A DNA stretch of 44,344 nt. Source: Deltaproteobacteria bacterium. GTDB taxonomy: Bacteria; Desulfobacterota; Deferrimicrobia; Deferrimicrobiales; Deferrimicrobiaceae. Below, one piece after another: positions 33,658 to 41,709 of the stretch; the stretch's first letter is position 1; every line of letters begins with the position of its first letter. The notes below the pieces were generated by a model. That model searched no databases. It saw nothing but the letters and a program-made list of their open reading frames with translations, and was not told where the DNA came from. Both the position numbers and the translations under genes were made by a program. Location: assembly GCA_030668225.1 (NCBI GenBank), contig DAOUUI010000002.1:1-44344 (forward strand). Direction: 5' to 3'.

Positions 33658-34686
33658 TCACCAATTGAATAATTTCTTGATCCCTTCCTTTGCGCCTTCC
33701 TCGATGCTGTCCAGGACATCCCCCTTCTTCTCCTGGACCGGCTGCTTGGCGCCCCGGGTCGCGGCGTCTCCTGCTTCCTCGGCCGTCTGCTTTCCATATT
33801 CGGCGGCTTGGCCTTCGGCCGGCCCGGCACCGGGGGGGGACGCGGCGGGAATTTCCTTCGCCGGTTTCTCCATTCCCGGCGGCATCGTCTGCCCCTGCCA
33901 GGCGGGCATTTCCCCGCTGGAAGGCATCCCCTCGGAGGAACCGTACGTCATCCTGTCGAAAGACACTTTTTCGTACCCCTTCGGCTCCTCGAACAGAGCG
34001 GCGTCGATCGCCTTCTTCTCCACCCGGGTCACCTCCTGGACGAATTGCGACCCTTGGGCCTCGGTCTTCATCGGATAACCGCCCTCGGCGATCTTCCGGT
34101 ACTCCGCTGCCTCCTCGTAATCGGGGGAAGAATACCCCATCTTCTTCGTTTCACGGGACAGATCCGCGAACTCCTTCCACATGGCGGGACCGACCTCCTT
34201 CATCAGGTCGATCTTCCTCGTTACCCAGATATCCTGCTGCGGTTCCCCCCCCACGGAAACGCGGTACCCGTCGCACGCATACCCGGCGATCGTCGCCCCG
34301 GGAAGAGGGCCCACCGTGACCTTTCCCTGCGGTCGGGAAGACGCCCCGGGGAGGGAAATTCCCTTCTGCTTCATCTCCTCCATGATCTGTTGCGATGCCT
34401 TCATGCTCTCGCGCATCATCTTCTTGAACTCGTCGAAGGTCATCACGCTGTACTTTCTCTTCTTCTTGTCGACCATGATGATTTTTCGCGAGGCGAAATT
34501 CATTACGTGCGCGCTCCCGGAGGCGTCCGTTCGGACTACGTCGCGCTGAAAATAGCTCACCTCCTTTTCCGCCTTCCCGCCGAAACCCGTGCTCCGGCTG
34601 TGGATCACCCACCCCGCCTCCGCCGGTCCAGGAAGCAGGAAACAACCGATGAAAAACGCCGCAACCGCTGCCGCAACCCGCCTCAT
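33658..34686 (-). CDS. DUF4412-like secreted protein with low-complexity acidic/Pro-rich tail
   Basis: ATG at 34686 (MRRVAAAVAAFFIGCFLLPGPAEA signal peptide). The core resembles DUF4412 (EVSYFQRDVVRTD...KIIMVDKKKRKYSVMTFDEF). Confidence 0.65.
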   Translation of the reverse strand: MRRVAAAVAAFFIGCFLLPGPAEAGWVIHSRSTGFGGKAEKEVSYFQRDVVRTDASGSAHVMNFASRKIIMVDKKKRKYSVMTFDEFKKMMRESMKASQQIMEEMKQKGISLPGASSRPQGKVTVGPLPGATIAGYACDGYRVSVGGEPQQDIWVTRKIDLMKEVGPAMWKEFADLSRETKKMGYSSPDYEEAAEYRKIAEGGYPMKTEAQGSQFVQEVTRVEKKAIDAALFEEPKGYEKVSFDRMTYGSSEGMPSSGEMPAWQGQTMPPGMEKPAKEIPAASPPGAGPAEGQAAEYGKQTAEEAGDAATRGAKQPVQEKKGDVLDSIEEGAKEGIKKLFNW

Positions 34687-34835
34687 CCCGCACCCCTCTC
34701 TTTCCGGCCGCTCCCTTAGAAAGCGAACCTCTCGATGTCGAAAAACGTGTCCGATCGACATCTCCTTTTTACCTTTCTCCGTGCCACGAGGCAACCGGAT
34801 CTTCTCGTAAAAACGGGAGACAGGGAAGACGTCGA

Positions 34836-35462
34836 CTATTGCTTCTTGATCGTGGCGCGGAGTTTGTCCATCATCTCGCGGAAAGACGATTTCTTCAGGA
34901 TGCTGTTGAACTGGGAGCGGTAATTGCCCACCAGGCTGATCCCCTCGATGACGACGTCGTAGATCCGATACCTGCCGCCGTCCGCGAGCATCCGGTAATT
35001 CATCGGGAACTCCTGCCCCTTGGTGGTGACCACAAGGGTCTTCACCTGGGCGTACGGCCCGTCAACGGTCTCCTTCCCGTAACGGATCACCTCTCCCTGG
35101 TACGACTCGATCTTCCCGAGATAGGAATTCTCGAGCAGTTCCCGGAAAAGCGCGACGAACTGAGCCCGTTCCTCGGGGGTGCGATCCCGCCAGTTGGGCC
35201 CGAGGGAGCGTTTCGCCATCTCCTCGAAATTGAAAACCGGTTCGATCTCCTTTCTCAGGAGTTTGCGGCGCTCCTCTTTCTTCCCCTTCGCCGCAAGCGC
35301 CGGGTTCTTGAGAATCCCGAGCGTCCGGTCGATTGCCCCCCGGATCTGGTCGGTGGCGTCCCCCGCCAGGGATTGGGAGGGAAACAGGCAGAGGGCAAAG
35401 GCCAGGATTGCCAACGCCGCCGTCAGGCGGAGCCGGCAGGCTCCCGATGCAGGACCGGCCAT
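34836..35462 (-). CDS. mlaC: Phospholipid-binding periplasmic protein MlaC (Ttg2D family)
   Basis: It has a signal peptide and FNFEEMAKRSLGPNWR...YRIYDVVIEGISLVGNYRSQF. The ATG at 35462 lies one nt after the mlaD stop; an alternative start is at 35480. Confidence 0.85.
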   Translation of the reverse strand: MAGPASGACRLRLTAALAILAFALCLFPSQSLAGDATDQIRGAIDRTLGILKNPALAAKGKKEERRKLLRKEIEPVFNFEEMAKRSLGPNWRDRTPEERAQFVALFRELLENSYLGKIESYQGEVIRYGKETVDGPYAQVKTLVVTTKGQEFPMNYRMLADGGRYRIYDVVIEGISLVGNYRSQFNSILKKSSFREMMDKLRATIKKQ

Positions 35463-35463
35463 T

Positions 35464-35904
35464 TTACTCGGCGCTCCCATGGATGAATTCCGAGATCAAC
35501 TCCTCTATGTCCACGGCGGACTCGGTCTCCCGGATCTTCCCGTTGGGAGGGATCAACCGGTCCGATGCTCCGGGGGAAAGTTTCACGAACTTGTCCCCGA
35601 TGAGCCCCCGGGTCCGGATGGAAGCGATGGTGTCCTCCTGAAGACTGATTCCCTTCCGTACCTTCAACAGGACGTCGGCATTGTAGTCGTTGAGCGTGAT
35701 CGACTCCACCTTCCCGACATCGACCCCGGCGATCTCCACGCTCATCCCTTTTTTAAGCCCCGAGACCGAGGCGAACTCCGCGTGGAAAGGAACATAGTCG
35801 CCCCCTATGATCTCCAGCTTTCCGAGCTTGACGGAGAGCCAGGCAAGACACACGATCCCGAGCAGGACGAACAGACCCACGACCGTCTCGACGTTCAGTC
35901 GCAT
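35464..35904 (-). CDS. mlaD: MCE-domain protein MlaD
   Basis: N-terminal TM helix plus an MCE domain (FASVSGLKKGMSVEIAGVDVGKV). Confidence 0.85.
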   Translation of the reverse strand: MRLNVETVVGLFVLLGIVCLAWLSVKLGKLEIIGGDYVPFHAEFASVSGLKKGMSVEIAGVDVGKVESITLNDYNADVLLKVRKGISLQEDTIASIRTRGLIGDKFVKLSPGASDRLIPPNGKIRETESAVDIEELISEFIHGSAE

Positions 35905-35919
35905 TATTCCTAATCCCCC

Positions 35920-36735
35920 TTACATGAGATGGACCGCCCCCGTGATGTCTCCCCGGATCAACTGCTGAACGAAGGGGTTGACGGATACCACCACCTCCGC
36001 CGTGGGGCCGGCCTCGACCACCTTCCCGCCGTGGAGCACTACGACGTAGTGGCACCACTGGAAGATATCCGGGATGTCGTGGCTGACCATCACCATCGTG
36101 AAACCGTGCTGGTGGTACGAATGGCAGATAAGATTGAGGACCGAATTCCGGATGATGGGGTCGAGCCCCGTGGTCGGCTCGTCGAACAGGATGATCTCCG
36201 GGTCCGTCACCATCGCGCGGGCGAAGGCGACCCTCCGCTTCATCCCCCCGCTCAGTTCGTCTGGATATTTCCCCCGGGCTTCCTCCAGCCCCACCTGCGC
36301 CAGGCGCGAAAGGACACGCTCCCGGATCTCCCCCTCTCCCAGCTTCGTCTTCTCCTGCAGGGGGAACGCCACGTTCTCGTAGACGGTGAGCGAATCGAAG
36401 AGCGCGCCTCCCTGGAAGAGCATCCCGAAGCGTTGACGGGCATGGTACAGCTCCTTCCGGGAGAGGCGGGAGATATCCACCCCGTCGACCAGGACTTGCC
36501 CGCGTTCCGGCCGGATGAGCCCGATCATGTGCTTGAGCATCACGCTCTTGCCCGCTCCGCTGAGGCCGAGGATCGCGGTGATCCTCTTGGGGGGGATGTC
36601 GAGGTTGACCCCGTCCAGCACCTTCTTCCCGTCCAGGGTCTTCTCGAGGTCCACCAGCCGTATGGCCGGTTTCCCGTCCCCCACGGGGAGCTTATCGATC
36701 GCGCACGGCTCGCAGACCCAGGATTGGACGCTCAC
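35920..36735 (-). CDS. mlaF: ABC transporter ATPase MlaF
   Basis: Walker A GLSGAGKS, signature LSGGMKRR, Walker B ILFDEPTTGLD. The GTG at 36735 overlaps the mlaE stop (GTGA). Confidence 0.9.
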   Translation of the reverse strand: MSVQSWVCEPCAIDKLPVGDGKPAIRLVDLEKTLDGKKVLDGVNLDIPPKRITAILGLSGAGKSVMLKHMIGLIRPERGQVLVDGVDISRLSRKELYHARQRFGMLFQGGALFDSLTVYENVAFPLQEKTKLGEGEIRERVLSRLAQVGLEEARGKYPDELSGGMKRRVAFARAMVTDPEIILFDEPTTGLDPIIRNSVLNLICHSYHQHGFTMVMVSHDIPDIFQWCHYVVVLHGGKVVEAGPTAEVVVSVNPFVQQLIRGDITGAVHLM

Positions 36736-37502
36736 AGGAGCACCGAGGTCAGGAAGTAGTCGCCGACCAGAATCATCACCGAGGAGAGGACGACGGCGGA
36801 CGTGGTCGACTGGCTGACCCCTTCCGCCCCCCTGCCGGTGAAATAGCCCTTGAACGTGCAGACCCACGCGATGATCAGGCCGAATACGACCGATTTGACA
36901 AAACCGTTCGCGATGTCACTCCATTCCACGTTGGCCTCCATCCCCCCGAAGAAGACGCCGGCGTTCACGCCGAGGAGCTTCACCCCCACCAGATACCCCC
37001 CCAGAATCCCGACCACGTCGAAGATTGCCGTGAGCAGCGGCACCGACAGGATCGCCGCGCACAGCCGTGGAACGACGATAAACTTGACGGGGTCGATCCC
37101 CATCGACTCCAGAGAGTCGATCTGTTCCCCGATCCGCATGATCCCGATCTCCGCGGTCAGGGCGGAGCCGGCCCGGCCCGTCACCATGAGCGCCGACAGA
37201 ACCGGCCCCAGTTCCCGGATGAGCGACAGGGCCACTACGGAGCCCAGCAGGCCCTCCGATCCGACCTCCCGAAGCGTGTGGTACCCCTGCAGACCGAGAA
37301 CCATGCCGGTGAACATCGCCGTCAGGACGATGACGAACAGGGACCTCACCCCGATGAAGTGGACCTGCTTCACGATGCGGCGGCCCTGATAGGGGGGGAA
37401 GGGAAGACTTGCGATCGTACCGGCGAGGAAGATCGCCATCCTCCCCATGCGGTTGATTGCCGTGAGGGTCCGTTTTCCGATCGTTTCGGCGAACGTGATC
37501 AT
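36732..37502 (-). CDS. mlaE: ABC transporter permease MlaE
   Basis: 256-aa polytopic protein with typical MlaE motifs (VVALSLIRELGPVLSALMVTGRAGSA). Confidence 0.9.
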   Translation of the reverse strand: MITFAETIGKRTLTAINRMGRMAIFLAGTIASLPFPPYQGRRIVKQVHFIGVRSLFVIVLTAMFTGMVLGLQGYHTLREVGSEGLLGSVVALSLIRELGPVLSALMVTGRAGSALTAEIGIMRIGEQIDSLESMGIDPVKFIVVPRLCAAILSVPLLTAIFDVVGILGGYLVGVKLLGVNAGVFFGGMEANVEWSDIANGFVKSVVFGLIIAWVCTFKGYFTGRGAEGVSQSTTSAVVLSSVMILVGDYFLTSVLL

Positions 37503-37722
37503 TCCTTGACTTCCCTCGCGTTTGCGGGTCGGGGCACTGTGCGGTTCGCCTGACCCGTTTAGCTTTAGCGGGTTAGATGACCATATTCGTCAAAACGTTG
37601 CTCCCCGCGCGCTTTTAAACGGCTCCCCCCCCCTCTCCTTCTGTTTCCGAGGTGAATCTTCCGGGGAAATTCTGTAAACTACTTGCCATCTTCTCGCGTG
37701 TGGAGCAGCAAAGGAGCGGCAA

Positions 37723-38553
37723 ATGGCCAGGAAATCGCTTGTTCCCCATCTCTTCGTGACCCTCCTGCTCGTTGCCCCGGCGACGGTTTTCGCCGTGGAT
37801 GCGGGGGATAACGCGGCGATCGCGCCCGTCGAGGGCGAAACCACCGGGACGGTGATGGAAACGGCCCCCCCAGGCAGTGAGGAGCCCGTCTCCTCCCCCA
37901 CGGAGCCCGATTTCGGGGAGGATCCTTTTCGGGAGGAAGTCCCACCTCCCCACCTCGCGGACCCTCTCGAGCCGCTGAACCGCGCCCTGTTCGTATTCAA
38001 CGACAAGGCCTATTTCTGGGTGATGAAGCCCGTTGCGCAGGGATATGCGTTTGTCGTCCCGGAGTTGGCACGTATCTCGGTCAGGAACTTCTTCCGGAAC
38101 ATCACGATGCCCGTTCGCTTCGTGAACAACCTCCTGCAGGGGAAGATCCGGAATTCCGGGGTGGAGTTGCTCCGGTTTCTCATCAACACCACGGGGGGAA
38201 TCGGGGGACTCTTCGACCCTGCGAAGGACGACTTTTCCCTCGAACCCCGGAATGAGGACCTCGGGCAGACCCTGGGAAAATACGGGCTCGGACACGGTTT
38301 CTACCTCGTCCTGCCGTTGCTCGGGCCCTCGAGCCTGCGCGACACGGTGGGGCAGACGGGGGATTTCTTCCTCAACCCGGTCAACTACGTGGACGACTCC
38401 GGGGTAGTCATCGGAGCCAAGGTGCTGAATGCGGAGAACGAGGTGTCCCTGAGAATTGGGGAGTACGAAGATCTTACAAAATCGGCCATCGACCCGTACG
38501 TCGCCGTGCGGGACGCCTACTCCCAATACCGCGAGAAAAAGGTGAAGGAATAG
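37723..38553 (+). CDS. mlaA: MlaA/VacJ-family protein
   Basis: DPLEPLNRALFVFND...FFRNITMPVRFVNNLLQGK...INTTGGIGGLFDPA. The signal peptide has no lipobox cysteine. Confidence 0.85.
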   Translation: MARKSLVPHLFVTLLLVAPATVFAVDAGDNAAIAPVEGETTGTVMETAPPGSEEPVSSPTEPDFGEDPFREEVPPPHLADPLEPLNRALFVFNDKAYFWVMKPVAQGYAFVVPELARISVRNFFRNITMPVRFVNNLLQGKIRNSGVELLRFLINTTGGIGGLFDPAKDDFSLEPRNEDLGQTLGKYGLGHGFYLVLPLLGPSSLRDTVGQTGDFFLNPVNYVDDSGVVIGAKVLNAENEVSLRIGEYEDLTKSAIDPYVAVRDAYSQYREKKVKE

Positions 38554-38684
38554 TCCGTCGGAAATCGCCTTGTCTCCTCTGGACGCTTGTGCTTTTTCCC
38601 CGTTTTCAATAGGCTTTAGCACATGGCCCATGGGTGCGGCGGACTCGTGGACCGGAAAACGGAACAAAGGACTGGAGGGCTGCG

Positions 38685-39239
38685 ATGAGGAAATTTCCAC
38701 GTCGTTTCGCTGTCGTGCTGATGATGACGGTGGGGGCTTTCTTCCTCGCGGCATGCGCCACGTACCCTCCCCCCAAGGAGGAGGTCCCGAACTCCCGGAA
38801 CTACGGAAGCAGCTACGGTGACGTGTGGGATTCGGTTCTCGCCGCTCTTTCCGAACGGAACATCCAGGTGCAATCCACGGATAAAGAGACGGGAAGCATC
38901 GTGGCGGAGGATGGAACCATCGAGCTTCGCCAGTTCGAACTCGGGAGATACGACTCGACGGTTTGCTTCTGCGGAAAACCGGAGCAGTACCACTTCTTTC
39001 GGGAACTTGTCGGGGAGTACACGATTTCCGTCGTCCGGGGAAACAAGGTTCAGACGACCGTGAAAATCGATGCGTCGTTCAGGGCCTCCGTCCAATCCGG
39101 CGATCGTGTCACCGGATGGCACCCCTGTCTCACGAAGGGGGTCTTCGAGCCCTTCTTCCTGGAACAGGTGGCATCCCAGCTGGCAAACAGGAAAAAACCT
39201 TCAAAGCTCGACTGGTGGAAACCGAAAAGAGGGTACTGA
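38685..39239 (+). CDS. Lipoprotein of unknown function
   Basis: ATG at 38685. MRKFPRRFAVVLMMTVGAFFLAAC has the lipobox FLAA|C. No recognisable domain. Confidence 0.65.
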   Translation: MRKFPRRFAVVLMMTVGAFFLAACATYPPPKEEVPNSRNYGSSYGDVWDSVLAALSERNIQVQSTDKETGSIVAEDGTIELRQFELGRYDSTVCFCGKPEQYHFFRELVGEYTISVVRGNKVQTTVKIDASFRASVQSGDRVTGWHPCLTKGVFEPFFLEQVASQLANRKKPSKLDWWKPKRGY

Positions 39240-39551
39240 ACCTGCAGGCAGGCGCATTCGGAACTTCCATCGAGGGACACCGGTCGAGATGAAAAGGTTT
39301 TCCTCCCCTCGAAAAGACCGTTCTTCCGTTGCGCGAAAATATTTCCCACTTTGCCTAATCGTTTTCCCCCGGGGGGATCTTCTCCCTGTGTAAACGTTTC
39401 GCAACTCCTTACTCCGTCTCCGACCTGTTCCACTCTCTCACCGACCGGTCGCAGGCCTGCCTAAAAAACAGGCAACGCGTTTGATCGGCTACACCAGATT
39501 GGCGCCCCGACCAAATCCCACAAACCTGTCAACAGGATTTCCCCAATCTCT

Positions 39552-39941
39552 GTGGAAAAATTTGGAGAAGACGAAGAAAGCGCTCACACGACTGTCGTTC
39601 CCAATGAATATGCAACTGATGAAAAACCAATGGGATTTCGAAGCAAACCGGTTGATCTCCCCCCCCGGAGCGTGAAACGACAGGGAAAGCACAGTATTTA
39701 TCCACAAGCCTCCTTGCCTGCCCGGCAAGGAATCTTGCTTTCCCCGGGAGAAAACGGGCGATTTCCCTTGTTGCACAACCGGGAGTACGCAGGGACCTCC
39801 CCGATCTACCTTTGTTGTCTTTCCGCCGGCGTGGTGGTCTTCCTGCTTGCCGAAAATCGGAAGCTGCCTGTACGCATCGGGATGGGGGCAATTGCGTTTT
39901 TCCTCGTGTCCCTGATCGTCACCCTGCTGGTGGTCCTCTAA
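39552..39941 (+). CDS. Doubtful ORF; only the C-terminal hydrophobic hairpin looks protein-like
   Basis: GTG start with no SD. Third codon positions are A/T-rich, unlike neighbouring genes. The C-terminus encodes two hydrophobic segments (CCLSAGVVVFLLA; MGAIAFFLVSLIVTLLVVL). Confidence 0.2.
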   Translation: MEKFGEDEESAHTTVVPNEYATDEKPMGFRSKPVDLPPRSVKRQGKHSIYPQASLPARQGILLSPGENGRFPLLHNREYAGTSPIYLCCLSAGVVVFLLAENRKLPVRIGMGAIAFFLVSLIVTLLVVL

Positions 39942-40022
39942 AAAAAGGTACAATCACTTCCGACGGCCGCGATCCGAAGCGGGCATCCTGCGCGAAAGGG
40001 AGACGGGTTGGAGAAAGGGGAC

Positions 40023-41180
40023 ATGCCGGTCCAACTCTCGCGTCGGGCGAGGAAAGTCACCCCCTTCCTGGCCATGGAGGTCATGGAACGGGCCAAAGCC
40101 CTGGAGGCCAAGGGGCGCCACATCGTCTACCTCTGCGTGGGGGAACCCGATTTCCCCACCCCGTCGCCGGTGATCGAGGCCGCCGTCCGGGCGTTGCGGA
40201 GCGGGGAGACCTCGTATACGCACTCGTTGGGCCGCATCGATCTCCGGGAGGAGATCGCCGCCTTCTACCGGCGCCGGTACGGGGTAGACATAAATCCCGG
40301 GCAGATCATCGTCTCCTCCGGCACGAGCCCCCTCATGCTCCTGTTGTTCGCTGCCCTGCTTAACCCGGGGGACGAAATCGTCCTTCCGGACCCAAGCTAC
40401 GCCTGCTACCCCAATTTCATCCGGTTCGTCGGAGGCAGGACGCGTTTCCTGCGTACCCGTGAGGAGGACGGCTTTCAGCCGAGGCCGTCCGAGGTCGGTG
40501 CGCTGATATCGCCCCGGGTCCGCGGCGTCCTGGTCAATTCCCCCTCCAACCCGGCAGGATCCGTGCTCCCGCCCTCCTGGCTTAAGGAACTGGCCTCCCT
40601 GCCGGTGCCGCTGATCTCCGACGAGATCTATCACGGTCTGACCTACGAAGGGGAGGAGAGGAGCGCGCTGGAATTCTCATCGAATGTTTTCGTTCTGGGG
40701 GGCTTCTCCAAGGCATACGCGATGACCGGATGGAGGCTGGGCTACCTGATCGCCCCCCCTTCGGAAATCCGGACCCTGCAGAGCATGCACCAGAACTTTC
40801 TGATCAGCGCCAACAATTTCGTGCAGTCCGCCGGCATCGCCGCGCTGCGGGAATGCGACGGGGAGGTTGCCCGGATGCGCGAAGCGTACGACCGGCGGCG
40901 CCGCCACATCGTGACCCGCCTGCGGGACCTGGGTCTGGGGGTGGGAAAGCTCCCTGCGGGGGCGTTTTACGTGCTGGCCGATGCACGCCACATCCGCAGC
41001 GACTCGCGATCCCTGGCGATGGAGATCCTCGAGGCCACCGGGGTGGCCATAACACCCGGGATCGACTTCGGGGAGGGGGCGGAAGGATACCTGCGCTTTT
41101 CCTATGCCAATTCCCTGGAGAACATCGACAGGGCGATGGACCTTCTGGGGACCTTTTTCCGGGAGCAACGCTGGCTGTAA
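40023..41180 (+). CDS. PLP-dependent aminotransferase, class I/II (aspartate aminotransferase-like)
   Basis: ATG at 40023 follows GGAGAAAGGGG; the listed TTG at 40008 is an alternative. It has VGEPDFPTP and the PLP-lysine box GGFSKAYAMTGWRLGYL. Confidence 0.85.
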   Translation: MPVQLSRRARKVTPFLAMEVMERAKALEAKGRHIVYLCVGEPDFPTPSPVIEAAVRALRSGETSYTHSLGRIDLREEIAAFYRRRYGVDINPGQIIVSSGTSPLMLLLFAALLNPGDEIVLPDPSYACYPNFIRFVGGRTRFLRTREEDGFQPRPSEVGALISPRVRGVLVNSPSNPAGSVLPPSWLKELASLPVPLISDEIYHGLTYEGEERSALEFSSNVFVLGGFSKAYAMTGWRLGYLIAPPSEIRTLQSMHQNFLISANNFVQSAGIAALRECDGEVARMREAYDRRRRHIVTRLRDLGLGVGKLPAGAFYVLADARHIRSDSRSLAMEILEATGVAITPGIDFGEGAEGYLRFSYANSLENIDRAMDLLGTFFREQRWL

Positions 41181-41181
41181 C

Positions 41182-41709
41182 TCAATGCCGGTTCCTCCTC
41201 TTGAAATTCCAGGGCGGATCCGGATTGGCCTGTTTCCATAACCCGAGTCCCCTGCTCCGCGCCTCTTTCTCCGCAGCGATGTATTCGGAGGCATAGGGGG
41301 CGGATAAATAACGTCGATAGGCCCAGGCAACCCCGCTCCGGACCATCGCAAGGTTGATGTCTTCTCCCGACCTGCGCACGATGCCTACCATCCTCTTGTG
41401 GGTGTCGATGTCGACGATTTCCACCGTCACCCTTCTGCCAAGCGCCAGCTCCGTCAAGGCGTCCTTGGCCTCTCTTCCGTATGGCTGCCCCGGCACCTCT
41501 TTGTGACGGATCTCCGGCGCGTCAATCCCGTATAACCGCACCTTGAGTTTCGTCCCTTCGCGGGTAACGAGGGTGAGGGTATCGCCGTCGGCCACCCGGG
41601 TGACCTCGCCTTCCACCGTGCGGGGAGTGGCGCAGGAGGGAGTGGAGCAGACAAGGAGAGCGAGAAACGCGGAGAGGAAAACGGCTGGGAAACGGGTTCT
41701 CACGGGCAT
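41182..41709 (-). CDS. Secreted thermonuclease (SNase/micrococcal nuclease family)
   Basis: ATG at 41709. It has a signal peptide (FPAVFLSAFLALLVC) and the SNase motifs VRLYGIDAPE and PYGREAKDAL. It overlaps the upstream gene by 10 nt. Confidence 0.85.
   Translation of the reverse strand: MPVRTRFPAVFLSAFLALLVCSTPSCATPRTVEGEVTRVADGDTLTLVTREGTKLKVRLYGIDAPEIRHKEVPGQPYGREAKDALTELALGRRVTVEIVDIDTHKRMVGIVRRSGEDINLAMVRSGVAWAYRRYLSAPYASEYIAAEKEARSRGLGLWKQANPDPPWNFKRRNRH

Noticed and set aside
39050-39953. Minus-strand ORFs 39050..39433 and 39489..39953 in the GC-poor gap
   Set aside because: The first overlaps the lipoprotein gene. Both lack an SD and have atypical composition, and I saw no family motifs. 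The region is reported as an unexplained gap instead.
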